A program made the position numbers and the translations under genes. DNA of 64,000 nt, taken from positions 21,526,464 through 21,590,463 of the forward strand of contig NC_043011.1 in the NCBI RefSeq assembly GCF_006345805.1, in the 5' to 3' direction. A model generated the notes under the pieces. The model searched no databases. It was given only the letters and a program-made list of their open reading frames with translations, and was not told where the DNA came from. The number at the start of each line of letters is the position of its first letter. The stretch's first letter is position 1. Positions 57,001 through 64,000 of this stretch are shown piece after piece. The DNA comes from Octopus sinensis (Eukaryota).

Positions 57001-60000
57001 TTTTAGTGGTGGTGGTTTTAGTGGTAGTGGTTTTAGTGGTGGTGGTTTTAGTGGTGGTGGTTTTAGTGGTAGTGGTTTTAGTGGTGGTGGTTTTAGTGGT
57101 AGTGGTTTTAGTGGTAGTGGTTTTAGTGGTGGTGGTTTTAGTGGTAGTGGTTTTAGTGGTGGTGGTTTTAGTGGTAGTGGTGGTTTTAGTGTAGTGGTTT
57201 TAGTGGTGGTAGTTTTAGTGGTGGTGGTTTTAGTGGTGGTGGTTTTAGTGGTAGTGGTTTTAGTGGTGGTGGTTTTAGTGGTGGTGGTTTTAGTGGTAGT
57301 GGTTTTAGTGGTGGTGGTGGTCAGTTGATTCACTGACTATAGCAATTGATTGGCATGCTGGACCTCCTTCATTGAGCCCATGTATCCAACAAGCCTTATA
57401 AAACAAACGATCAGCCTCCAAATTCTATTGCATTGAGTTTTCAGACAAGGCATTTTAACTGATTTAATAAGTATTGATTTGTTAGTTTTATTTAGTAAAT
57501 ATTGGTTTAGGTATCTCCAATCAACTGGATGGATTGTAGAAATATTCAGTGAATTGTCTTTAACAGACAATATTAATTCCATCATTCCGAAAGAATAGGA
57601 AGAGTGGACTGTGAAACCAAAATTGACTTAAATTATTACCCAGTCCTTCATAATATGAAACTAATTTTGAAGTATCACTGCCAACTCCATTTCAGCATCT
57701 ATCCAAGAGAGCTGCTATGTAGTCACTAAGTCTGCTAGAAATAGCAGTCAAATTTCCCTTAAATTTTTTTATTACAATAATTAAGTTGATGTGATGAAAT
57801 AAAGTTTCGGGTACAAGCGTACCTTGAGTGGTTAAGAAGCTTGCATTCCAACCATGTGGTTTTGGATTTGATCCAACTGCACAGCACTTTCAGCAAGCAT
57901 CTTCTACTATTGCCCCCAAGTTAACCAAAGCCTTGTGATATCTAAGCATTCATTAGATGATGTGCTATTAGATGTGTAATAAATACTTGAATTAAAAAAA
58001 TCCCTGATGATATGGTCATAGCTGGAATGCTTTTGATCATAGGTCTACACAACCAGGACCAACCTGGAGCTAAACAACAAGAACAACATCCCATCTAACA
58101 TATACTAAGCTATATAATATTTGCTATATGGTTGCTCCATTAACAGAACCTTAATAAATACTCACACATTTCTGTTGTATTCCTTTCAGTTCCGGACACC
58201 TCGATATACTTATAGCTCTTCGTACACTGGAATATCTGAAAAAGGAGAAATCTTACGTAGTGTGGTCAACAGCTGAAAGTGGATTATCACAGGTGAAAAC
58301 AATGCTATACAAGACACCAAGATATGGTGATTTCCAGGTATTCTCCATTATCTTATTATTTCTTCCTTTCTTTTTTCTTCTTTGCTTGTGCTGTTTGTTT
58401 GTTTGTTTGTTGAGCGAGGCGGTCTTCGTCCGTAGTGGGAGAAGTCCGATACATGGTCCTTTGCTATTCGTAAGACCCGCAGAAGAGAAAGCAGGTCAAC
58501 CCCTGACACCGAGAGCATCGACGGATGGATGAATGCGCATCCAGGCACAGCAGTTGCGTAGGAAGTCGGGGACAAGAAACAGGAAGAAAGAGTGAAAGAA
58601 AGAGTACAACAGGGGTCACCACAACCCCCTGCCAGAGCCTCGTGGAGCTTTAGGTGTTTTTGCTCAATAGATACACACAACGCCCGGTCTGGGAATCGAA
58701 ACCACGATCCTCCAACCACAAGTCCGCTGCCCTAACCATTGGGCCATTGCACCTCCACTGTTGTTGCTGTTGTTATCTTTAGTCACAGGAAAGGTGACAA
58801 GCTGGCAGAATTTTTGCTGCAGTGGGCAAAATGCTTAGTGGCGTTGTGTCTGTCGTTACATACTGCATTCAAATTCCATGAAGAACACCTTTGCCTTTCA
58901 CCCTTTCAGGGCCGACAAAATAAGTACCAGTCGAGTTCTGGGTCAATGTAACCAACTTAACCCTCCACTGGAATTACTGGCCTTGTGCCAAAATTTGAAA
59001 CCAATATTTAGTCATAGATGAACCCTAAGGGAATAGACTTGCAATAAAAGGCATTCCACCCTTAACCATCGCATCCCTTTTTCGAGACACCAGAGTATGG
59101 ATTTGAGGTCAATTTGAGCTGCTATTTGTAACTGGTAGAATGATCACAGAGCTTTCTCATTCATATTTTCTAAAATAATATGCAGAGATAGTCATGTGGA
59201 CCATATACAAGGATTTCAGATTCCAGTTTTAATAAATACTGCTTATTTTGTTCAGATTATACCATGATATCTATCATTATCGTTATTTTAACTTTTCCAA
59301 ATTTCAATGTTTAATTTCTGAAAAAAAAGTCTTATATTTTCTGTCATTTGTATTTACAGAGATTTATTCGGAACCTTGTAAAGGATTTATACAAAGACCT
59401 TGGCTGGAATAATACACATAGCAATAACATTAATCGTGACCAGTAGGTATAACATGGATTGTATTTCTAAACAATGACAACCAACTATAAAAGCACCTTT
59501 TGTCCTTTATCTTTTACTTGTTTCAGGCATTATATTGTGGCCATGCCTTGAAGAATTTTTAGTCAAATGAACTGACATCAGAACTTTTTTCCTTTTTAAA
59601 CCTCGAACTTATATTCTATTGGTATCTTTTGCTGAAATGCTAATTTAAGGAGATGTAAACACACCAATACCAGTTGTCAAGCAGTGGCAGGAGACAAACA
59701 CATCACACACACATACACTCACACACACACACACACACACGCAGACAAGCTTCTTTCAGTTTCCATCTACCAAATTCACTCACAAGGCTTTGGTCAGCCC
59801 AAGGATATAGTAGAAGACACTTGACCAATGTACTATGCAGTGGGACTAAATCCAGTACAATGTGGTTGGGAAGCAAGCCCCTTACGACATCATGATACAA
59901 TGTGATTTCACCAACCTAGAATTGTTAACATGCATCCTCAAACTCCACCTTCTAACATATTAACCTACCACACCTTTGCTGCATCACAGCTCATGATTGA

Positions 60001-60169
60001 TTTCTTTCAGTTTCTGTCTACCAAATCCACTCACAAGGCTTTGGTTGGTCTAAGACTATAGCAGAAGACACATGCCAAGTTACCACAGAGTGGGACTGAA
60101 CCCAGGACCGTGTGCTTTGGAATCAAGTTTCATACAACACAGCCACACCTGCACCTATATATTTATATA

Positions 60170-60205
<36 letters not shown>

Positions 60206-60935
60206 TGTATGTGTACACCTTGTGTCCTTGAGCAAGACTCTTTATTTCACGTTGCTCCAGTCCACTCAGCTGGCAAAAATGAGTAGTACCTGTATTTCAA
60301 AGGGCCAGTCATGTCAAACTTTGTGTCACACTGAACATCCCTGAGAACTACTTTAAGAGTACACGTGTCTGTAGAGTGCTCAGCCACTTGCACGTTAATT
60401 TCATAAGCAAGCCGTTGATCGTAACAACTGGGACCCTTATCGTCGTAACCAACCGGAGTGCTCCTATTTGTATGTATATATGTATATATATTTGTATAAA
60501 TATATGTGTGCATGCATATGTGTATATATATATGTGTACATATCACATATACATCTATATATACATATATACACATACATATATATGTACACACATATAT
60601 ATACACATATATACATGCATACATATATTTATACAGATATATACTATATACACATATATATACATACATGTATACATATATAAACAAATATATACTTGTA
60701 TATATATACATCTATACATATACATGTATACTATACATCTATACATATACATCTATATATATACATATATGCACATATATACATATATATATACATAATA
60801 TATATATATAAATTATATATATATATATATATGTATATATATGTATACATGTATATATGCATATATATATATATAATATATATATATATAAATTATATAT
60901 ATATATATATGTATATATATGTATACATGTATATA

Positions 60936-60971
<36 letters not shown>

Positions 60972-61031
60972 TACATACATGTATACATATATATATACAT
61001 ACACACATATATATATATGTACACACCTATA

Positions 61032-61081
<50 letters not shown>

Positions 61082-62276
61082 TAGTTTCACTTAAATAATA
61101 GTGAGACTATATAAACTGAAAGTATCTCACATTACAATAGAGACGTTATTGTTTCACTTTTGACCCGTAATACTGAAATAGTGTAAGAGATAAGAGATTG
61201 CTCTGGGCTCATATTAGGCTACAAGTCGAAAAGTTTTTTGGCCCATAACACTACATGGACCCTAAGTAAGGCATGTGTAAAATTTGAATGAAATCAGTTG
61301 TGTAGCTCTTGAATTTTAGGGATTCACACAGGGATTCACTCATCTTTATATATATATAGATATACACACAACCACATACACATATATATAATATTATATT
61401 CTTTTCTACTCTAGGCACAAAGCATAAAATTTTGCGGAGGGGGCCACTCGATTCGATCGACCCCAGTATGCAACTGGTACTTAATTCATCAACCCCAAAA
61501 AGATGAAAGGCAAAGTTAAACTTGGCTGAATCAGAACGTAAAGACAGACGAAATATTACTAAGCATTTCATCCGGTGTGCTAATGTTTCAGCCAGCTAAC
61601 CATCTCATATATATATATAGGGAGTGTTCATGAAAAAAACAAAAGACGAAGACAGGTGGTGTACAAAACAAACAGATGTATTAGTATAACGCCCAAGAAT
61701 TGAAAATGTCTTTTACGTTTTGAGCCTACGCTTTTCTACAGAAAGGGACACATACTTGAAGGTTTTTAATCGAAGAAACCAACCCCAGCCTAGTACTTAT
61801 TCTATCGATTTCTTTTGCTGAACCGCACACATACACACACAAATATATATAATTTCAGTTTCCATCAACCAAATCCACTCACAAGGCTTTGGTCAGCCCA
61901 AAGCTATAGTAAAACACACCTGCCCAAGGTACCATGCAGTGGCACTGAGCCTGGAACCATGTGGTTGGGAAGCAAGCTTCTTTCCACACAGCCACGCCTG
62001 CACCTCTACATAATATTATATTACATTATATTATATATTATATCATTCACTATATTATATTACATTATGTTATATATTATATCATTCATTATATTATATT
62101 ACATTATGTTATATATTATATCATTCATTATATTATATTACATTATGTTATTTCTTGTTCAATTTCAGGTCACTTCGCTTACTCATCGTCCTCATGGCTT
62201 GTGATAATGAGCTAAAGGAATGTAAAGATGCAGCTCTAGCCTATTTTCGACAATGGGTAGATACAGGAAACACAGG
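148..62276 (+). CDS. Multi-exon M1 family zinc aminopeptidase (aminopeptidase N/ANPEP-like) locus, partial at both ends; C-terminal exons of unit A followed by 17 exons of unit B
   Basis: 21 exons with GT-AG ends and consistent phases, apart from one 1-nt deficit in exon B7. Translation gives [87 protein letters not shown] and ERAP1-like C-terminal motifs. Many N-x-S/T sequons suggest an extracellular enzyme. Confidence 0.95.
919..1284. mobile_element. Non-autonomous TIR element (MITE), possibly Merlin-type, with internal (CCCTAA)n
   Basis: About 29-bp TIR GGATCTTTTCGGTTTGAACGGCAGTTTTT; near-identical 8-bp flanks aagaaaat/aaggaaat; second copy at 37789-38306. Confidence 0.85.
1688..1828 (+). 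CDS. Aminopeptidase unit A exon
   Basis: cag|G TTT...TCA AG|gtaag, 141 nt, phase 2/2; [39 protein letters not shown], matching the IRxQD..GxxLAWDF motif. Confidence 0.92.
2667..2745 (+). CDS. Aminopeptidase unit A exon
   Basis: ttcag|C CAT...AAG CAG|gtagg, 79 nt, phase 2/0; [26 protein letters not shown] (VT..FNT..QL.Q motif). Confidence 0.85.
3208..3472. repeat. Long near-perfect inverted repeat (about 96-bp arms, 72-bp spacer)
   Basis: 3208-3303 is the reverse complement of 3376-3472 with one indel. Confidence 0.95.
4163..4580 (+). mobile_element. tRNA-derived SINE family A (representative full-length copy)
   Basis: A/B-box-like head GTGGCTGTGTGGTAAG..GGTTCAGTCCC, internal microsatellite, (GTAAAAGA)-type tail; more than 12 related copies in the window. 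Confidence 0.88.
6376..7041 (-). mobile_element. Mariner (DD34D-type) transposon 5' half with truncated, frameshifted transposase
   Basis: [16 protein letters not shown]...WFAKFRSG...[10 protein letters not shown]...(frameshift)TGDEKWIFY; mariner-like TIR at about 7013-7041; truncated by (TA)n. Confidence 0.93.
7461..7683 (-). mobile_element. SINE family B (MetaSINE-like core)
   Basis: Reverse complement of GAGTTCAAATTCCGCCGAGGTCGACTTTGCCTTTCATCCTTTCGGGGTCGAT..AAGTACC; many copies in the window. Confidence 0.82.
8380..8529 (+). CDS. Aminopeptidase unit A last exon; ends at TAA 8527-8529 or splices at 8525 into unit B
   Basis: cgcag|CTG; [49 protein letters not shown], canonical APN terminus (QA.E.TK.NI.W); ACC AG|GTAATT. 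Confidence 0.92.
   Translation: MEAFVASQGDLGSSKRAYQQAIEETKTNIKWMKKNFKPVKEWLKNTNTR
9686..9890 (+). CDS. Aminopeptidase unit B exon 1 (start of N-terminal beta domain)
   Basis: tccag|A AAA...ATC ATT|gtgag, phase 2/0; [57 protein letters not shown]. Confidence 0.93.
10285..10463. mobile_element. Mariner-derived MITE
   Basis: TA-CGAGGGGG..GCTGAAAAGT..CCTG and CAGGAACATTTCAGCACAACCTCG-TA termini. Confidence 0.7.
11180..11379 (+). CDS. Unit B exon 2
   Basis: gtag|GTG...ACA AT|gtatgt, phase 0/2; [39 protein letters not shown]. Confidence 0.93.
11780..11887 (-). ncRNA. Type I hammerhead ribozyme-like motif (Penelope-associated type)
   Basis: Minus strand: ct CUGAAGA GGC..long stem II..GCC GAAAC AGCU GUC ag; stem I is only 2 bp. 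Confidence 0.6.
12748..12903 (+). CDS. Unit B exon 3
   Basis: acag|A TAT...CCA CG|gtaat, phase 2/2; [33 protein letters not shown]. Confidence 0.96.
13997..14409 (+). mobile_element. SINE family B, head plus tandemly duplicated body
   Basis: GGCGGCGAGCTGGCAGAAACGTTAGC head followed by two units of about 185 bp (GTATTTCGTCTG...AAAGAAATA). Confidence 0.85.
16318..16372 (+). ncRNA. Minimal type I hammerhead ribozyme-like motif (CCGAUGA core variant)
   Basis: GUCU CCGAUGA AG GGAUAUU-loop-AAUAUUC UA GAAAC AGCU GUA AGAC; stems I and II pair and stem III is palindromic. Confidence 0.6.
17608..17722 (+). CDS. Unit B exon 4
   Basis: Long poly-T tract, gtag|A GAA...ATC ACT|gtaag, phase 2/0; [27 protein letters not shown]. 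Confidence 0.95.
18200..19138 (-). mobile_element. Internally deleted Tc1/mariner-superfamily transposon with a nested SINE
   Basis: TA-flanked TIRs CAGAGTGGTCCGAAAGTC / GACTTTCGGACCACCCTG; transposase remnant [42 protein letters not shown]. Confidence 0.88.
18339..18625 (-). mobile_element. tRNA-derived SINE family C with poly(A) tail and 16-bp TSD
   Basis: TSD CACATCGAGAAGGTCT at 18323-18338 and 18626-18641; head TGGCCTAGTGGTTAGAGC..GGTTCGAATCTC; plus-strand copy at about 23944-24252. Confidence 0.9.
22935..23900 (+). mobile_element. Cluster of head-to-tail SINE family B units
   Basis: At least five consecutive GAGTTCAAATTCCGCC..GACTTTGCCTTTCATC cores. Confidence 0.82.
24911..25031 (+). 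CDS. Unit B exon 5
   Basis: ttcag|TTC...CTA G|gtaag, phase 0/1; [40 protein letters not shown]. Confidence 0.95.
26050..27575 (+). mobile_element. Degraded non-LTR retrotransposon RT region (Hero/NeSL/R4-like)
   Basis: Interrupted frames giving [49 protein letters not shown]-like [17 protein letters not shown]; boundaries approximate. Confidence 0.72.
27724..28360 (+). mobile_element. Tandem SINE family B copies after a compound (AAG)n(ATT)n microsatellite
   Basis: Two full heads (27724, 27974) and a third core. Confidence 0.85.
28389..28543 (+). CDS. Unit B exon 6 (GXMEN and HEXXH motifs)
   Basis: ccag|AT ATG...CAT CAG|gtaag, 155 nt, phase 1/0; [23 protein letters not shown]...VCHEIAHQ. 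Confidence 0.97.
28810..29145 (+). mobile_element. CR1/L2-type LINE 3' end
   Basis: [33 protein letters not shown] followed by a 3' UTR and (ATT)n tail. Confidence 0.8.
29358..29752 (-). mobile_element. Non-autonomous Helitron-like element
   Basis: Minus strand 5' TC start, subterminal hairpin CCCGAGCAACGCCGGG and CTAG 3' end, inserted at A|T; homologous copy at 50150-50539. Confidence 0.8.
32347..32459 (+). CDS. Unit B exon 7 (third zinc ligand Glu), with a 1-nt deletion near 32368-32372
   Basis: ttcag|TGG TTT GGT AAT TTG GTA ACC TTC AA- TGG TGG GAC GAT TTG TGG CTA AAT GAA GGT TTC...AAT ATG|gtac; 113 nt between two phase-0 neighbours. Confidence 0.93.
33607..33985. repeat. Inverted repeat with about 62-bp unique arms extended by (CA)n/(TG)n
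   Basis: CATTGATTTCATCTTAAGAAAATATCTTAA..GGATCACACAC is the reverse complement of 33902-33985, with one mismatch in the unique part. Confidence 0.92.
37377..37508 (+). CDS. Unit B exon 8 (catalytic Tyr)
   Basis: acag|GAT...CTA AAG|gtgag, phase 0/0; [26 protein letters not shown]. Confidence 0.95.
37707..38378. mobile_element. hAT (Charlie-like) MITE containing a nested TIR element (37789-38306)
   Basis: CAG..AACAACC / GTTTGCCCATGACTG termini, 8-bp TSD CTCTAAAC/CTCTAAAT; inner element has the same TIRs as 919-1284. Confidence 0.78.
38890..39969 (-). mobile_element. 5'-truncated Penelope-like retroelement: GIY-YIG endonuclease (39583-39969), C-rich 3' region and terminal repeat with hammerhead-like motif
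   Basis: [41 protein letters not shown]...[17 protein letters not shown]; terminal segment recurs alone at about 61620-61751. Confidence 0.9.
40807..41218 (+). mobile_element. SINE family A full-length copy
   Basis: High identity to 4163-4580; (GTAAAAGA)3 tail. Confidence 0.88.
41674..41739 (+). CDS. Unit B exon 9
   Basis: ttcag|GGT...ATA AAT|gtaag, 66 nt; [22 protein letters not shown]. Confidence 0.95.
43162..43780 (-). mobile_element. Tc1/mariner-superfamily (DD37D/maT-like) transposase 3' remnant
   Basis: [46 protein letters not shown], with in-frame stops; TA-CAGGGT terminus. Confidence 0.85.
44002..44067 (+). CDS. Unit B exon 10
   Basis: acag|GAA...TCA CAG|gtaaa, 66 nt; [22 protein letters not shown]. 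Confidence 0.93.
44899..45275 (-). mobile_element. SINE family A copy, antisense
   Basis: Reverse complement of 40807-41218. Confidence 0.87.
46984..47150 (+). CDS. Unit B exon 11
   Basis: ttcag|GCA...TTC AA|gtaag, phase 0/2; [28 protein letters not shown]. Confidence 0.95.
50150..50539 (+). mobile_element. Non-autonomous Helitron-like element
   Basis: TC start, CTAG end, homologous to 29358-29752. Confidence 0.78.
51350..51450 (+). CDS. Unit B exon 12
   Basis: atag|T TAC...GAA G|gtaag, phase 2/1; [33 protein letters not shown]. Confidence 0.92.
51528..51900 (+). mobile_element. Degraded RTE-clade LINE 3' fragment
   Basis: [28 protein letters not shown] with stops and frameshifts. Confidence 0.68.
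52765..52910 (+). CDS. Unit B exon 13
   Basis: ttcag|TC CAA...CAC ACA|gtatg, phase 1/0; [34 protein letters not shown]. Confidence 0.94.
53860..53915 (+). CDS. Unit B exon 14
   Basis: ccag|ATC...GCA AA|gtatg, 56 nt, phase 0/2; [18 protein letters not shown] (NRAQIIxD.xNLA motif). Confidence 0.88.
54175..54553. mobile_element. Tc1-like MITE
   Basis: 26-bp TIR CACT..CGTCAGAAATTAATTAGCAC with TA flanks. Confidence 0.85.
54640..57321. repeat. About 2.7-kb tandem 15-mer satellite GGTTTTAGTGGT(A/G)GT interspersed with (GGT)n
   Basis: Read directly; essentially no C on the plus strand. Confidence 0.97.
58190..58337 (+). CDS. Unit B exon 15
   Basis: ttcag|T TCC...TTC CAG|gtatt, 148 nt, phase 2/0; [49 protein letters not shown]. 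Confidence 0.93.
59360..59442 (+). CDS. Unit B exon 16
   Basis: acag|AGA...GAC CA|gtagg, phase 0/2; [27 protein letters not shown]. Confidence 0.88.
62012..62150. repeat. 39-bp AT-rich minisatellite (about 3.5 copies)
   Basis: Unit ATTCATTATATTATATTACATTATGTTATATATTATATC. Confidence 0.85.
62169..62276 (+). CDS. Unit B exon 17
   Basis: ttcag|G TCA...ACA GG|gtaga, phase 2/2; [35 protein letters not shown] (AC..C..A..F..W motif). Its phase fits an exon equivalent to 148-315 lying beyond the window. Confidence 0.9.
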
Positions 62277-62507
62277 GTAGATAATTCTTCAAAAACTGTT
62301 TTGTTTTCTCTTTATTTATGCACTTATGTATTTATTTATATATTTATTTATTTATTTATTTGAACAAGTCCTTTGTCAACGATATTTCTTTGTTAGATTT
62401 ACTATGTCTCTTCATTGCTAGTTTTACTTAGAAATAAATCCGTTGAGCTCTTTACACATGCATGGCTTGCAGGATTCAGTTTGAGCATATACATATGTAC
62501 ATTTATA

Positions 62508-62539
<32 letters not shown>

Positions 62540-63421
62540 ATTAGGGAGTATGGCTCCAAACTTACAGGGAAAAATTAGATTTAGTATTAAATCAAATTTC
62601 ATATTATATTTATATTAATTTTATATTACATTTATCATTCTTTTTATACTTTTTGGGAAAAAAAAAATTATATATACATCTATATTATATATTATTTTAA
62701 TTATATTTATATTATTTGTTATTTATGTATTGGTTTATGTCTATCACTGTTTGAGTTGCATAATAGTGGTTTTATCTCTAATTCATATTTTATATATATA
62801 TATATATGACAATTGCAGCATGGAAGGTGTTTATAAGCCATTTAAAAAACAGACACAAACTGTTACATTCACTTCAACATTTAAATTTAATTTGTCAAAA
62901 TATTTTCGTCGCTTTGATACTGTGACCTGTTCACTGACAAAACTCCGTGCTGCATCTGAGCAAGAAACAGTTAGCTCATGATATATATATATGTATATAT
63001 ATATACATGTATACATGCGTGTATGCATGCATGTATGTATGTATGTATGTATGTATGTATGTATGTATGTATGTACGTACGTATGTATAGGAGTACATAC
63101 GTACGTATAGGTGTGGATGCATGCATACACATGTATGTATGTATGTATGTATGTATGTGTGTGTGTATCTATGTGTGTATGTGTGTATGTATGTATGCAT
63201 GTATCTACGTATGTATGTACTTATGTATGTAGGTGAGTATTTAGGTGTGTAAGTGTGTAGACGTGTCTGTGGTTGTATATATATATGTGTGTATATGTGA
63301 ACGTATGTTTATGTACTTATATGTGTGTCTGTTCAAGTTGTATATATATATATGACTTACTCTGTCGAAGGTTGTATATATATATATATATATAATATAT
63401 ATATATATATACACACACAAG

Positions 63422-63781
63422 AAGTTTCACAGTGTCATGTTTGTTGACGCTACACCTAGGAACAAATTTAGTAAGGCATTTAAGAAAATCCTGTGCACAA
63501 CTGGCCTTAAAATCAAAGTTGGACAATCAAATCTGTATTATATAAATCATACCCATTTGATAAAATTACGTGTCAGAATAATTGTGCAGTATGTTCAACA
63601 AATCCACATGTGAACTGCAAAAAGAAAAGTACTGTATACCAGATTAAGTGCCAAGAAGGGACTTGCGCGATTATCCCAGAATCATATATTGGTGAGACTT
63701 CTAGGAGCATCAATGATAGGTTCAAAGAATACCTGGACAACTACATTGAAAAAAAAACCCAATTCCATCTTATCTACACAT
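63422..63781 (+). mobile_element. Penelope-like retroelement fragment (linker and GIY-YIG endonuclease), Naiad-like
   Basis: KFHSVMFVDATP..GLKIKV(frameshift)..PFDKITCQNNCAVC..NCKKKSTVYQIKC..YIGETSRSINDRFKE. Confidence 0.82.
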
Positions 63782-64000
63782 CCCACTGAGTGTACATAGA
63801 TTAATATAGTATGTATGTATGTGTAGATGTATGTGGATTTTAGCATGCGTGTGTATGTGTGTGTTTGTGTTGTGTGAGTATATATATGTGTATGAGTGTG
63901 TACATGCATACACATATGAGTATGTGTGTAGATATATGTGTATATAATATGTATATGTCTACATAAAATAAAAATAAAAAGTTTTTGAATTTAACCGTTG

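Noticed and set aside
55626-57333. Long poly-Val/Leu, GFSGG and KPPPL ORFs (up to 328 aa)
   Set aside because: They are translations of the 15-mer satellite, with frames switching at irregular units and no exon context.
60440-61080. Many YI/HT/CV-rich ORFs here and throughout the window
   Set aside because: They are translations of (TA)n, (CA)n, (TACA)n and (GA)n microsatellites.

Overview
AT-rich, microsatellite- and SINE-dense eukaryotic DNA. The repeat families suggest an octopod cephalopod, but that is inference. The whole window lies inside a plus-strand, intron-rich M1 zinc aminopeptidase (aminopeptidase N-like) locus. I traced 21 GT-AG exons by hand: the last 4 exons of one aminopeptidase unit (A, 148-8525/8529) and the first 17 exons of a second unit (B, 9686-62276, continuing past the window). 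Key observation: unit A's apparent stop codon (AGG TAA) overlaps a splice donor (AG|GTAATT) whose phase matches the acceptor of unit B's first exon 1.16 kb downstream. No signal-anchor or start exon is visible between them. The locus therefore probably encodes a tandem multi-catalytic-domain aminopeptidase, possibly with a stop-or-splice choice. Unit B has a GGMEN motif and a 1-nt deletion in the exon carrying the third zinc ligand, probably an assembly error. Introns contain tRNA-derived SINEs, Tc1/mariner, hAT and Helitron-like elements, LINE fragments, Penelope-like GIY-YIG fragments, several minimal hammerhead-ribozyme-like motifs, two long inverted repeats and a 2.7-kb G/T-rich 15-mer satellite. 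Most ORFs in the supplied track are microsatellite or repeat artefacts.
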